A DNA stretch of 64,000 nt from Atractiella rhizophila (Eukaryota): positions 1 through 64,000 of the forward strand of contig MU271445.1 of assembly GCA_021432655.1 (NCBI GenBank), given 5' to 3'. How positions within the stretch are numbered: the first letter of the stretch is position 1; every line of letters starts with the position of its first letter. The notes beneath the pieces were generated by a model that was given only the letters and a program-made list of their open reading frames with translations, was not told the origin of the DNA and made no database searches. This document shows, in pieces, positions 11,535 to 25,300 of the stretch. Made by a program: the position numbers and the translations under genes.

Positions 11535-12187
11535 GGTAATCAATGACGGATGTGAGGTTGCTCGTTGCCGATGTGACATTCTGACGGAAAGATTTAGTCC
11601 TACGACTGCTGTGGATGTTTGGCTGCGAGACACTTTTGTGCACAGAGAGCAGAGCAGCACAGCATGTGCGTGGACATCGTGTCGTATGTAAACAAAACAA
11701 ACGAAGAAAGCCTAGAAGGAAGGTCTGGCTGATCGATGATCAATCGCGAGAGTCCAGAGTTCCAAATTCTCTACATATATGCCTGAATGGATAAGTCGAG
11801 ATATATGGTCTGACCCTTACGGAGCCTCACATGAGCCCATCCATCCTGATGTCAAAGAAATTGTTTGAATGTGATCTTCAAGTAGTACTCCCAGAACCAC
11901 CAGAGACTCAGAGCGGTTGAGCCCCCTTCGAAGCACGATCGATATTGATTTCTGGGCAGGTTACATTGGAAGTTCTAGTCACTAGGAGGAAACATGCTAC
12001 CAACGACTCGAGGGTGAGTTGAAACCGCCCGACTTCGGCGAATCCTCCTCAAGCAGCATCATCTTTTGAGACTCGAATTTTTCGCTAAGCCACCAACATA
12101 AAAGGGAACTTGTTTTCTCAAGGTCGAGCTCAGCAATCTTTCTCAGAAATCTCACTTTTGACGTTTGGAAAGTAAAAACAAGCCAAA

Positions 12188-15100
12188 ATGGTCAACTTCA
12201 CGATCGTGAGTCTTCGCATCTTCATCAGCAAATCAATCAATGGGATCTGTGGCGAATTTCGTGCTGATTACGCTTTTTCTTGCTTTGCTGCCATGGTTAG
12301 GACCAAGTCCGTGCCCTCATGTGCGTTTCCCGCTTTTCTGCGCTGCAAAATTCGCAGAAACTGATGGCGGGATGATTGCCTGTAATAGGGACCGTTCGAC
12401 TAACATTCGAAACATGAGTTCGTTCTTCCCTTCCTGTAGTTCCACTCGCGATGCTGATGGGTGTAAATGAATAGGTGTTATCGCCCATGGTTAGTCAGCG
12501 CTCCACCTCATTTTTTTCGATCGCATCGCCGGACAAACATTGATAAACTGATGGATGGATGTGATGGATAACAGTGGATCATGGAAAGTCGACTTTGACC
12601 GATTCGCTAGTCTCGAAAGCTGGTATCATTGCTGCCAACCGTGCTGGTGATGCTCGATTTACGGAGTGCGTATTCTACTTTGTACCTTGGGTTGCAATTT
12701 AAGGGAGTTTGCGACCTAAGTACGAGAGAAGATGAACAACAACGTGGTATTACGATCAAATCTACGGCTATTTCTATGTATTTTGAATTGGACAAGGAGG
12801 ATTTGGTAGATGTCAAGCAGAAAACTGATGGTGAATCTTTTCGTCCTTATTTTGATCCTGATTTCTAATACGATGGCGCCAACTCAGGAAACGAGTTCTT
12901 GATCAACTTGATCGATTCTCCCGGGCACGTCGATTTCTCTTCTGAAGTCACTGCCGCTCTTCGTGTCACCGATGGTGCTCTCGTTGTCGTCGACTGTATC
13001 GAAGGAGTTTGTGTCCAGACCGAGACTGTGCTTCGTCAAGCTATCGGAGAGAGGATCAAGCCGGTCGTCGTCATCAACAAGGTCGACCGTGCACTCCTCG
13101 AACTCCAAGTCACCAAGGAGGATCTTTACCAGACCTTCGCGAGGACCATCGAATCCGTCAACGTCATCATCGCTACCTACAACGATCCTGTTCTCGGAGA
13201 TGTCCAGGTGTACCCCGACAAAGGAACCGTCGCTTTCGGTTCCGGTCTCCACGGATGGGGATTCACGCTCAGGCAATTCGCTGGACGATACTCGAAGAAG
13301 TTCGGTGTCGAGAAGGAGAAGTTGATGGCCAAGCTTTGGGGAGAGAACTACTTCAACCCTAAGACGAAGAAGTGGACGACTAAGTCGACCGGCGCTGATG
13401 GTGAGAAGCTTGAGAGGGCTTTCAACTTCTTCGTCCTCGACCCCATATTCAAGATTTTCGATGCTGTCATGAAGTTCGAGAAGGACAAGATTTTCCCGAT
13501 GTTGGAGAAACTTGACGTGCAACTGAAGTCGGACGAGAAGGAACTCGAAGGCAAAGCCCTCCTGAAGGTCGTCATGAGGAAATTCTTGCCCGCCGGAGAC
13601 TCTCTCTTGGAGATGATTGTCATCAACCTTCCTTCTCCCGTTACCGCTCAAAAGTACCGAGTGGAAACTCTCTATGAGGGACCTCTCGATGACGAGTCCG
13701 CTATCGGTATCAGGGATTGCGACCCGAAAGGACCTCTTATGCTCTACGTCTCCAAGATGGTGCCTACTTCGGATAAAGGTCGATTCTATGCTTTCGGTCG
13801 TGTCTTCTCTGGAACTGTTAAGGCCGGACCGAAGGTTAGGATTCAAGGACAGAACTACGTTCCAGGCAAGAAGGAGGACCTGTTCATTAAATCTATCCAG
13901 AGGACTGTCTTGATGATGGGTCGTTATGTCGAGCCTATTGAGGACTGCCCTGCTGGTAACATCGTTGGTCTTGTTGGTGTCGATCAGTTCTTGCTCAAGT
14001 CTGGAACCCTCACCACTTCTGAAACCGCTCACAACATGAAGGTCATGAGGTTCTCTGTCTCCCCTGTCGTCCGTGTCGCCGTTGAAGTAAAGAACGCGAA
14101 CGATCTGCCCAAGCTCGTCGAAGGTCTGAAGAGGTTGTCCAAGTCTGACCCATGTGTTCAGACTTCTATCTCTGATACTGGAGAGCACATCGTCGCTGGT
14201 GCTGGAGAACTCCATCTCGAAATTTGCTTGAAGGATCTCCAGGAGGACCACGCTCAGGTTCCTCTCAAGATTTCCGATCCTGTCGTCGGCTACAGGGAGA
14301 CCGTCCAGGCAGAATCTTCGATGGTCGCTCTCTCGAAGTCCCCCAACAAACACAACAGGTTGTATGTTACCGCTCAACCCATTGACGAGGAGCTCTCGAA
14401 GGCTATCGAGGAGGGAAAGATCAACCCAAGGGACGACTTCAAAGCCAGAGCTAGGGTTTTGGCCGACGAATACGGATGGGACGTCACGGACGCCAGGAAG
14501 ATTTGGTGTTTCGGACCGGATACATCTGGACCTAACGTTCTTGTCGACATGACAAAGGCCGTCCAGTATCTCCACGAAATCAAGGATTCCTGTGTTTCTG
14601 CCTTCCAATGGGCGACTAGGGAGGGACCTTGCGCCGAAGAGATCATGCGTGGTTGCAGATTCAACATCATGGATGTCACCCTGCACGCCGATGCCATCCA
14701 CAGGGGAGGTGGACAGATCATGCCTACCTTCAGGAGAGTCGTCTACGCAGCTTCCCTCCTCGCAAAGCCAGGTATGCAAGAGCCAGTCTACATGGTGGAA
14801 ACTCAGTGCCCTGAGACCGCTCTCGGTGGTATCTACTCGACGTTGAACAAGAAGAGGGGACACGTTTTCTCTGAGGAGCAGCGTCCAGGAACTCCCATGT
14901 TCGTATTTTGTTTTGCTTTGTTCATGCCAACTAACATGTCTCGGATAGGTACACTGTCAAGGCTTACCTTCCTGTTGCCGAGTCTTTCGGTTTCACTGGT
15001 GATCTCCGTCAAGCCACCGGAGGACAGGCTTTCCCTCAAATGGTGTTCGATCACTGGGCTATCATGCAAGGCTCCCCTCTCGACAAAGGAGGAATGCTCG

Positions 15101-15246
15101 AGACTCTCGTCAAGGGTATCCGGAAACGAAAAGGTCTCAAGGAGGACATGTGCGTGATCTCTATCATCTCACTTCACTGTTGAATATGATCTGATCTATT
15201 CGTTGGGAACAGCCCTTCCCTCGACAACTACTACGACAAGCTCTAA
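12188..15246 (+). CDS. EFT2: Eukaryotic translation elongation factor 2
   Basis: [53 protein letters not shown], and the diphthamide loop [14 protein letters not shown]. Ends LDNYYDKL* (TAA 15244-15246). Confidence 0.98.
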
Positions 15247-15247
15247 G

Positions 15248-18200
15248 CTTGCTTTTCGTTCTCGTCTCTCTCGGTTCACATCCTTATCGTGTCTCACATT
15301 CATTCATTCTCTTGTCTGCGCCACCTGGATCTGAAAACCGCTCGTTCAATGTATCAACATGTCTCGATTTGATGTTGTACAATGGATTGGCTCGAGATGT
15401 TGGTATCGGCTGCTTTCTCCCTTCTTCTTTTTCTCTGATAAATGTTCTGATGATGACCAATACTAAGAAGAAGTGAAATGAATGATACAGATACGTTTTG
15501 ACGATGTACCTCAGTGCTTCCTTGCTCCTTGTTCTGCCCTTTGGCTTCTTGAGTAGTGTCACTATCGTTTGTCACCTTCGCCACCAGCACTCACTCTGGC
15601 ATCCCGACTTTCAACAACCACATCTTCATCTTCGCAACTTCAAGTTCATAACAAACAGCACCTTGTAATGCTGGTACAACTCTCGCGGAAATACCTTACT
15701 ACGCCAATGTTCACACCGCTCTCCATGCTGAGCCAAAGAAAATCCCCCTGTCCATATTAATACCGTACTCATCAAGATCAAGGAGCCAGCTCGAACTGTG
15801 GTTCTCTCATGATGACGCTCTGCTTTCCAATGTCCTGTTGGGGCGACTCGAATTTCAAAGTCTAAACCATTGAGGTTTCTTGCCTTATTTGGGCAGACTG
15901 TTATGGACTAACATTTTCATCCCTCTCAGAAAATCTGCTTCAAGACCCAGGTCGTACACATTGCCTGTGAACGAGGATTCGTTAAATCGGCGATAAACGT
16001 AGGCCTTCTGATGAGAAAAAATCTTGAAAGGAATCCTATAAATTAAATGACCAGTCTCTGCAATTCGGTAAACTTGCTAGACAGACAGTCACCACTGTGT
16101 TAACCTTGTCTACGTTTTCGGGAGGCTTGACCACACCATCCTTGAGGTGGATGACAAGTTCTTGGGTAGTGGAGAGTTGGATCATTGACAAGGCGCGCAC
16201 AACCGCACTTGCAAGGCAAGCAACTGAAATATCTAATCGCACCGATTCTAGCTTTTGAAAACTGGTGTCCTCACAAACCTGTGGAAAGTCGATATCCCTT
16301 CCTAACCCAGGTCGTTTGATCTCCAACTTTGCAAGAAGTCGACAGTGTCTGACTATCATTTGGGCAGAGAAGTTGGGATCCATGTTGCCTTATGTAATGT
16401 CGAGATTCGTATTGTGGCCGGCCACTTCAACTCTTTGGATGAAGGTGAATATCCATGAGACTGGATAAACACAAGGAAGTCTTCCAGATTGGACAGCTGG
16501 GAAGCGACCTGACTGGCGAAAATGACAATCTGCGGCGACAACGAGATCTCCAACTTCTTGAGCGTTGTGGAGGCTGTCGCAGCGAGGGAAACCAAACCCG
16601 AATGGATCCCAGCACGAGACAGAGACATTGTTTGAAGGCAAAGAATGTGATTGAGCAAGGATTCCAAGTTGAAGCTTGAGACAACGTCTACTGTATCTTC
16701 TCCGATAAACAGTCATTTGCGTCTTTAAATAGGATGGGAACTGAACCAAGCCATTAGGAAGGCGCTGGAGTAGGTCCGTGACAGTGGCAGAAAATTCATC
16801 TACCGCTATTGGCCCGATATTTGAATCTTCTCCCTTTGCGAAGACGGCATTCGAAATTTTGCGGTTGTAAGTCTTGTCCAGCTTAAGGTCCACAGAAACC
16901 CTTTGACATGAGGCAAATGCTCAGTAGGAAACATGCCTAAATCTTTGACACAGTCGTCACAATAGACACCGGAAGGCAGATGCTGTCTTTTCATCATAAA
17001 CCGTGACTTGCTTCTCGTTCTCGTCTCTCTCGGTTCACATCCTTATCGTGTCTCACATTCATTCATCCTCTTGTCTGCGCCACCTGGATCTCAAAACCGC
17101 TCGTTCAATGTATCAACATGGTCTCGATATGATGTTGTACAATGGATTGGCTCGAGATGTTGGTATCGGCTGCTTTCTCCCTTCTTCTTTTTCTCTGATA
17201 AATGTTCTGATGATGACCAATACTAAGAAGAAGTGAAATGAATGATACAGATACGTTTTGACGATGTACCTCAGTGCTTCCTTGCTCCCTGTTCTGCCCT
17301 TTAGCTTTTTGAGTAGTGTCACCGTCGCTTGCACCTTCGCCACCAGCACTAACTCTGGCATCCCGACTTTCAACAACCACACCTTCGCAACTTCAACTTT
17401 AATAACAAAAAGCACCTTGTATGCTGGTACAACTCTCGCGGAAATACCTCGATACGCCAATGTTCACACGGCTCTCCAAGATGAGCCAAAGAAAATCTCC
17501 ATGTTCATATTAATACGGTACTCATCAAGATCAGGAGCCAACTTGAACTGCGGTTCTCTCATGATGACGCTCTGCTTTCCAATGTCCTGTTTGGGCGACT
17601 CGAGCTTCGAAGTCCAAACCATGGAGGTTCCTCGCCTTATTTGGGCAGACTGTTTATGGACTAAAATTAAGAAGTTCGTCCCTCCTCAGAAAAGCTGCTT
17701 CAAGACCCAGGTCGCACACATTGCCTGTGAACGAGGATTCGTTAAATCGGCGATAAACGTAGGCCTTCTGATGAGAAAAAATCTTGAAAGGAATCCTATA
17801 AATTAAATGACCAGTCTCTGCAATTCGGTAAACTTGCTAGACAGACAGTCACCACTGTGTTAACCTTGTCTACGTTTTCGGGAGGCTTGACCACACCATC
17901 CTTGAGGTGGATGACAAGTTCTTGGGTAGTGGAGAGTTGGATCATTGACAAGGCGCGCACAACCGCACTTGCAAGGCAAGCAACTGAAATATCTAATCGC
18001 ACCGATTCTAGCTTTTGAAAACTGGTGTCCTCACAAACCTGTGGAAAGTCGATATCCCTTCCTAACCCAGGTCGTTTGATCTCCAACTTTTGCAGAAGTC
18101 GACAGTGTCTGACTATCATTTGGGCAGAGAAGTTGGGATCCATGTTGCCTTATGTAATGTCGAGATTCGTATTGTGGCCGGCCACTTCAACTCTTTGGAT

Positions 18201-18766
18201 GAAGGTGAATATCCATGAGACTGGATAAACACAAGGAAGTCTTCCAGATTGGACAGCTGGGAAGCGACCTGACTGGCGAAAATGACAATCTGCGGCGACA
18301 ACGAGATCTCCAACTTCTTGAGCGTTGTGGAGGCTGTCGCAGCGAGGGAAACCAAACCCGAATGGATCCCAGCACGAGACAGAGACATTGTTTGAAGGCA
18401 CAGAATGTGATCGAGCAAGGATTCCAAGTTGAAGCTTGAGACAACGTCTACTGTATCTTCTCCGATAAACAGTCATTTGCGTCTTTAAATAGGATGGGAA
18501 CTGAACCAAGCCATTAGGAAGGCGCTGGAGTAGGTCCGTGACAGTGGCAGAAAATTCATCTACCGCTATTCGCCCGATATTTGAATCTTCTCCCTTTGCG
18601 AAGACGGCATTCGAAATTTTGCGGTTGTAAGTCTTGTCCAGCTTAAGGTCCACCGAAACCCTTTGACATGAGGCAAATGCTCAGTAGGAAACATGCCTAA
18701 ATCTTTGACACAGTCGTCACAATAGACACCGGAAGGCAGATGCTGTCTTTTCATCATAAACCGTGA
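15248..18766. repeat. Tandem duplication of two ~1.76-kb units (15248-17006 and 17007-18766)
   Basis: Both units start CTTGCTT(T/C)TCGTTCTCGTCTCTC and end TCATCATAAACCGTGA. The ORF track repeats at an offset of ~1760. Confidence 0.95.
15470..17006 (-). pseudogene. 5'-truncated copy of the F-box-like gene
   Basis: Same exons as 17230-18766, but the start exon and promoter lie outside the duplicated unit. Indels relative to the other copy fall in 15600-15930. Confidence 0.6.
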
Positions 18767-18954
18767 TCTTTTCATCAGCCGTAGGAACTTCGACTCAAAT
18801 TGCGTTCATACGAGTCCCTTTTCGGGTCGGAAATGATAGAATATAGGGAGGACGATGCTCTCAAAAAGAGAAGGTATGATCGTCCTCGTAATCGTCGACA
18901 CACTAGGCTGATACTCTTTAGAGCAGGTTCGTAGACAATGCCGCGACGGGACAT
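17230..18954 (-). CDS. Hypothetical multi-exon F-box/LRR-like protein (3' end approximate)
   Basis: First exon MSRRGIVYEPALKSISLVCRRLR resembles an F-box tail. LRR-like segments TLKKLEISL, LSNLEDFLV, LQKLEIK and FQKLESVRL. TATA-like TTATATAT at 19001-19008. Confidence 0.5.
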
Positions 18955-19428
18955 GATCGTGCCAGTCGGAGAGAAATGCATGCCTGCAGCGAGGGTAAAG
19001 ATATATAAGTGAAGCTCAGTCGGTAGCGTCAGAACGGCGGGATAGGATGGACTTCTTTGTTCGACACATGATGGCGAAAAACCGCTTTGCTCTCAGTCCC
19101 AGTACAGTGATTACTGGGTGCGCGACAGCTCCTAGTACGTTTAATGGCAGAAGGGACAAAGGGGTATTGTCCTTTTGTACCATCGTCCTTTGAGTACCCA
19201 TGTGCCCCAATACGTCGAAGAGTTTACGGCAGAAGCAAAGCGTTTCTCCAAATCTGGTCCGAGATGAAGGGGTGCACCAGGAGAATGGAGGCAGGGAAGC
19301 ACTCCCGTCGAGGTTCCCTGAGGCTGACGCCGAGTTTGTCTCTCCAAATACACAGTCGGCCTCAACGCTACACGAGCTGGTTGGATATGTTCATATCACG
19401 TGACTAGTGAACACTGAGCAAAACGACG

Positions 19429-22131
19429 ATGGCGATCCCAGAAATGCCAGGTTCTCCTTCTCCAGGCGACTCTCCAGTCGTTGAGGAAACTCAAAAGCTG
19501 CCACTAATGACTTCCGACGAGGTCAACTTTCTTGTTTACAGCTATCTCAAAGATGCGGGTTGGTCCTCTCTTGAAGTCTGCTCGAACGCGTCTTGACGTT
19601 GTCTGCAGGATTTCAACATTCCTCATATTCACTCCTACACGAAGCTCAGCTGCTGCCCTCGAAAGAGAACACTAGCGTCCCTTCTGGGCTGTTGAACATG
19701 TCCATCCCACCTGGACACCTCGTTAGGATCCTCCAGAAGGGATTGCAGTATCTCGAAGCAGAAGCTATTTATCGCGGAGTGCGCTCATTCCTATTTCTCA
19801 ACCAATATTGTCATTAGTTGATGATTGTGCGATGCAGGAAGACGTGTCAGCAAAACCTGTCCGTCTAGTAGGATACAAAATTCCTGATCCCCCAATCGTC
19901 CCAATCATCCCGAAATCTCTGCCTCGATTTCCTTCTCCCTTCTCCAACCCCTCCGACCAGACCTCCAAGTTGAACGACGAAGGAAACAACATCGCAAAAC
20001 CTGCTTCTCCTTCTCCTGTAGCTCCTCCTTCAGGAGCAGTCGCACCAACCGTGAACGAACAGAAAGAGATGCCACCGCCCCCTGTTCCTTCCTACGCACA
20101 AGCTCAAGCTCAGAGCCAGTCCGTAGTAGCAACACCAGCGTCTAAACCCTCGTCTACGCGCTCGAGAAAGGATTCTGTGTCCTCCGCTACCGGCGGAGGA
20201 GGGTCGGGAGTAGGGAGTAAGAGAAAGGTGCGGTCTAGAGCGCCGAGTGGGGAAGGCGAGAGCGAAGAAGAAAGTGAAGTGGGAAGCTCGAGTGCGAGGA
20301 AAGACAGAGATAGAGAGAGGGAGCGGAAACGGAAGCAGACTGAGGGATCGGGTAGAGTGAGGGAGAGGACTGCGACTGGGGAGGGGAAAAAGAAGAAGAA
20401 AGCTAGTGTTGGCCGCCCGACACCTCCATTGCCGCCTGGTAGCGCCACTATGAAAAAAGCAAAGGAGAGGAAATCGACTGGAGGCGGAGGGAAGACGGAT
20501 GAGGAGGATATGAAGAGAGATGTCGAGCCGAGACCTGTTGCGAAGTTCGCAGTGACAGATAAGGAACGGGTAATCACGCTTGCTGATTCTTTCTCTGGTC
20601 AAGTGCGTTTCTGACTCTCCTATGTCGTCCCCATTCTGGCCTCTAGCTTATCCTTCCCATTCTGACCCTACTGACCAACGTGTTCTTGATGGTTGTGGGG
20701 GATAGTTAAACAATGGCCAATGGAACCCAGCAGAACCAGAGCTGTTCGTGGCGGGAGGAGCAGACGATATGGTCCGTACATGGCACATACCGGATCAATC
20801 TTCGGAAGGAGGAACAGACGGGATGGAGACTGAGATCGACAGCACAGCAAAATTTAAGATGGGTGGAACGGGGAGGACGCTTGTCACAACTCTTCAGTGG
20901 AATGTGGGTATTTCTCCCCTTCCCTTTTCTCGACTATCCTCATCGATTTGTGAAATGAACAGAAAGAAGGAACTCTCATTGCTTGTGGGAGAAGGGATGG
21001 ATGTGTATCCCTTCATACGGCCGAAGGCGGTTACTTCCACGTTTACATGTTATACACCGGATACCCAGTTACGGCCTTGAAGTGGAATGCAGCGGGAAGT
21101 CGACTTCTGACTGGAGGAGGTGACGGGAATCTTTATCTTGCTGATGTAGTGGATGATCCAAGACCCAGCACGAGACAGTATAGCAGTCGACTAGGTCCGC
21201 TTTTCCCCGGTCTCATAATTCTTATATGAAGTATTTATGCCCCCCTCTTTCCATAGTTGGAGATGCCGTCCTCGATGTCGAATTCTGCACCGACAATTTC
21301 TTTTTTGCAGCTATCGACAAGGACATCAATCGTTTGTATCCTTCTCCCTCTATTGTGCTTTCTTGACATGTGTTGCATCCAGTATTCAACATAACGAAAT
21401 CGTCACCCATCCGCCGATTTAAAGGACACACGGAAGATGTAAACGTGATTGTCGTTGATCCCACCCATCGATACCTGGTTTCGGGATCAGACGATTGCAC
21501 TGTTCGCTTGTGGTCTCTTAGCAGCGTGTCGGAGTTGAAATCCATTTCGGGAGACGCAGAACTAGTCAAAGGGGAGGGAGAAAACGAAGGACAAGCAGAA
21601 GGGGAGAAGGGATTCGTGGAACGCAATGGAGGAGTGGTGGAGCTCCTCCATAACGGTGAGATTCAGGATGTCGTGTGGCATAAAATTGAAGGGAGGGAAT
21701 GTGTTCTATCGTACGTCCTTCCTTCTCCTCGTCGGAGCTGGTTAGTAAGCTCATGGTCGCTGATTGCAAAGGCTTTCCTTGGATCAAACCTGCAAGATTT
21801 GGAGCATTGAGGATGGATCATGTCTAAGGAGCTTGAAAGTGGGAGGAGAGTCGTGGCGCGAGATCGCACTTTCTCCTTCGGATGGCCTTTACGTCGCTTT
21901 GCCGCTCGATGATAGGACGGTTGGAATTTATAGGCTTGCTGTGCGTTTCTACCTGTTGCGTCAATAGAAGCTGGACTGACTCTTTCGTAGGATGGTGAGC
22001 TGTTACTTGAGTACGAAAACACTGGAGATATTATGGGGACATATTGGCATCCAACAAGACGTCAGATTGCCCTCATTGGCAGCAAAGACGATACAGTTGT
22101 AGTGGATATTTCGCAGCTTTATGACTCGTAA
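19429..22131 (+). CDS. SIF2: LisH + WD40 protein, TBL1/Sif2 family (Set3/NCoR-type HDAC complex subunit)
   Basis: LisH MTSDEVNFLVYSYLKDAGFQHSSYSL and IPPGHLVRILQKGLQYLEAE. WD repeats such as FKGHTEDVNVIVVDPTHRYLVSGSDDCTVRLWS. Stop TAA at 22129-22131. Confidence 0.85.
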
Positions 22132-22381
22132 ATTGAGCATTGCTTCGCCTGGATGTTCTGTGCTCCCTTCTTGCCTTACCGTTTGCCTGCGTTGTTGTTT
22201 ATTTTTGAGCTGCAGATAATGAGTGATTTGTTGTTACCATGGAAAAAATACTATATGCATGAAGATTCCATGGCAAAGGCAGTATACCAAGGTTAAAGGG
22301 TGAGTGACAAGAAACCCAGTACTAGTGACACAACAAATCAACATGACTAAAGAACTTCGAATGTACATCGATTAAAATTTG

Positions 22382-25300
22382 CTAGTCTTCCTCCACAACT
22401 TTCTTCTTCTTTGGACCCTTCTTCCGCTTGGGCTCTGGCTCGTCCCCATCGTCAGGATGGGCCTTTCGCTTCTTTGTCTTCTTCTTGGGGGCCTTCTCTT
22501 TGACAGGGGACATGTCCTCTTCATCCGGAGCAGGCAGAGGGCGGGATGGAGCAAAAAAGTCATCCCCTTCATCAAACCCGGCACCTGACAGGATACCACT
22601 CCCAACGAGCCCTTCGTTCGCCTTCTCCGCTCTAGCCCGTTTGTTCTCCTGACGAGTTCGAGCACCCTTTTTCCCGTCGGCCACGGCTTTCTCCATTGCT
22701 GCCGTGCGCCGAAGTTCCTGCTTGCGGATGCTCTCCTCCATCTCGTCGTCACCTAGAAGGAGCGACACGACCTCATTCGGTTTAGCGACCTCGCTATAGG
22801 ACTGGCTCGAGGAACCAACAACGGCGTCCTGGACACTTTTCTTTGTTCGAGCTAGCTGAACTATTCGCTCATCGATGGTTCCCTTCGTGATGAGGCGATA
22901 AACGGTGACCTGTTTCGTTTGGCCCAGACGATGCGCACGATCCATGGCTTGGGAATCGTTTGACGGATTCCAGTCTGAGTCGTAGAAGACAACGGTATCC
23001 TGCATATGAATTGAGTATGAAGCATTTTTTTCGATAAATACGAACCGCTGCGGTAAGATTAATACCAAGACCACCTGCTCGGGTACTAAGGAGAAAAATG
23101 AAAATGTCCGGCCTTAAACGCAAACGTGAGCAAAAGGTACTCTATGTAAAAGAAAAAATATTACCTTGTTTGCCAATCCATAACCATGTCGCGACGCTCA
23201 GAGATCGTAGAAGAACCGTCCAGCCGTAAGTATCGGTAGTGGCGGAATGAGAGATACTCCTCCATTAGGTCGATCATTTTCGTCATTTGAAAGTAGATTA
23301 AGACCCGATGTCCGCCACCTTTCAACTCATGAAGAAGCTTGTCCAGTCGCGCCAGTTTACCAGAGTCCAAGATAAGCTTCATCAAGTGCGGCACTCGGAG
23401 GAGAGGGAAGTGGTACTGGTCGGGGGATGATGCGCCGATCGTTCCTTTGATGGGAGCACCTGGGAGAAAGTTGTCCAGTCGGGTAACGGCCTCTTCGGAC
23501 TCGAGAGACGGGGCTGGCACACCGTAGAGAGCAGTACGTAGGTCGTCGTTATAAAGAAGAGACTGCTGGCGGCGGAGGAAGCGTTGGTCTGACGCATAGA
23601 CCTCAATTGGCGGTGCGACGACTGCCGGCATGCAGGAACGAATATCCAGTCGTGTGAGCTTGGCAATGAGGGAGGAATTGTCAGAAATTTGGTTTAGTCG
23701 AGGGAGATCGATATCATTGAAGGAAAGGGACTTGGGAAAGATTCGCAATGAGTGGTCGATGGCCACATCACTGCAACCTGTGTTAATGACAGTGCCAAAG
23801 GTGGGACAAGTGTATACCTCGATAACACTAAGTCTGCGTCCTCCAGCAAATCATGGTCCCTCTTCATTGAGCTGAAAATGGCAGGCAGAGAGCCAGAAAC
23901 AGCCAACTTTGTCTCCGACGGAGACGCATCCAGAATACGAAGGAACGACATGGAAGAATCTGTCAGCCATTGTGAGCAATCGAAACGGGACTCAGTGAAG
24001 AAGCCAACCATTGGAGTCGAAGGCCTCTTTCAGATATTCCGACGACCAAATGTTCATTAGATTTCTTAAATACAGAGTGTCGAATCCTGTCCTTGATAGC
24101 TCAGACGGCTGATCAACCGCATCTGTCACCAGAAGCTTTGGGAGAGTGTATCGAATGGCGCTACGTGACGCATACGGGACATCGAGGAGGTCTCCAGATT
24201 TCTCGAGATTTATGTTGTTGGTAAATGGAACCTCAGCCAGAGCGAAGGGAGCTTTGACATCGCCTCGTTCGAAAAGCTCTGGGTGGTTGCAAACCTGGTC
24301 ACCACCCTTTAGACCGAGTAAGAGAACGTGATCGAAATCGAACCTTTCTGAATTGCATTATGAGGTTCATGAGCTTCGAGACGCTGTCATCCGATCCCTC
24401 CACAGTTGCTCGCTGCATCAGGTCCGAGAGCGAAATATTCTGTCTCAACGTGCGGTACATGAGCTTTTGTCGTGGAGTCAGTTCGCACATGACATCCAGC
24501 TCAATCTGTTTATAATCTTTATTTCACGGCAGAATACACGCAAATAAAAGACGCACCTTCTCTCCCAGTTCGTTTTGAACATTCTTCTTGATTCTTCTCA
24601 GCATGAACGGTTTAAGAATCATATGGAGCCGACGAAGTTGGTGCTCATTCATGGCGCCTTTATTCTCGGCGCTATTTTCGATGTCCTTCGAGAACCACTC
24701 GCTGAATTCGTCATGGGAGTCGAATAGAGAAGGCATGATGAAATGGAGAAGTGCCCACAGTTCTATGGCATGGTTCAAATCAATCACACACAACCACGAG
24801 GAAAGCCGCACCTTGCATGCTATTTTGGATAGGAGTTCCAGTAAGCAGAAGACGATTTCGACAGTGGAATCCGAGAAGTGTTTTCCAGCGCGCGCTAGAG
24901 GACGATTTGATTGCCTGGGCTTCGTCTAGAACCATGTACTGCCACTTCACACGCTGGAAATACTTCTCATCTTGCACGACCTGGACTCAATCAGCAATGC
25001 ATAAAGAATACAAGGAGCAATGCACCAGTTGATAACTTGTGACGAGAACATGAAAAGGGGCATCCTTGTCATACCGCATCTGCTTTCGGTTCCAAAATTT
25101 CCTCAGCGTCGCACGATCCTTGCTGTTACCCCAATATGGGAGTGCCTTGAGCGAAGGGACAAAGCGAGTTATTTCCTGTTGCCAATTGTGGAGAGTCGAA
25201 GCAGGAGCAATGACGAGAAAAGGACCCCAGATGTTGTGTACTTCCGCGAGATATCCAAGTAATGAAATTGACTGCACGGTCTGCAAAATCCTAGACTAAA

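Noticed and set aside
12884..14863. 659-aa antisense ORF over eEF2
   Set aside because: Expected shadow of strong codon bias in a highly expressed gene; no domain features.
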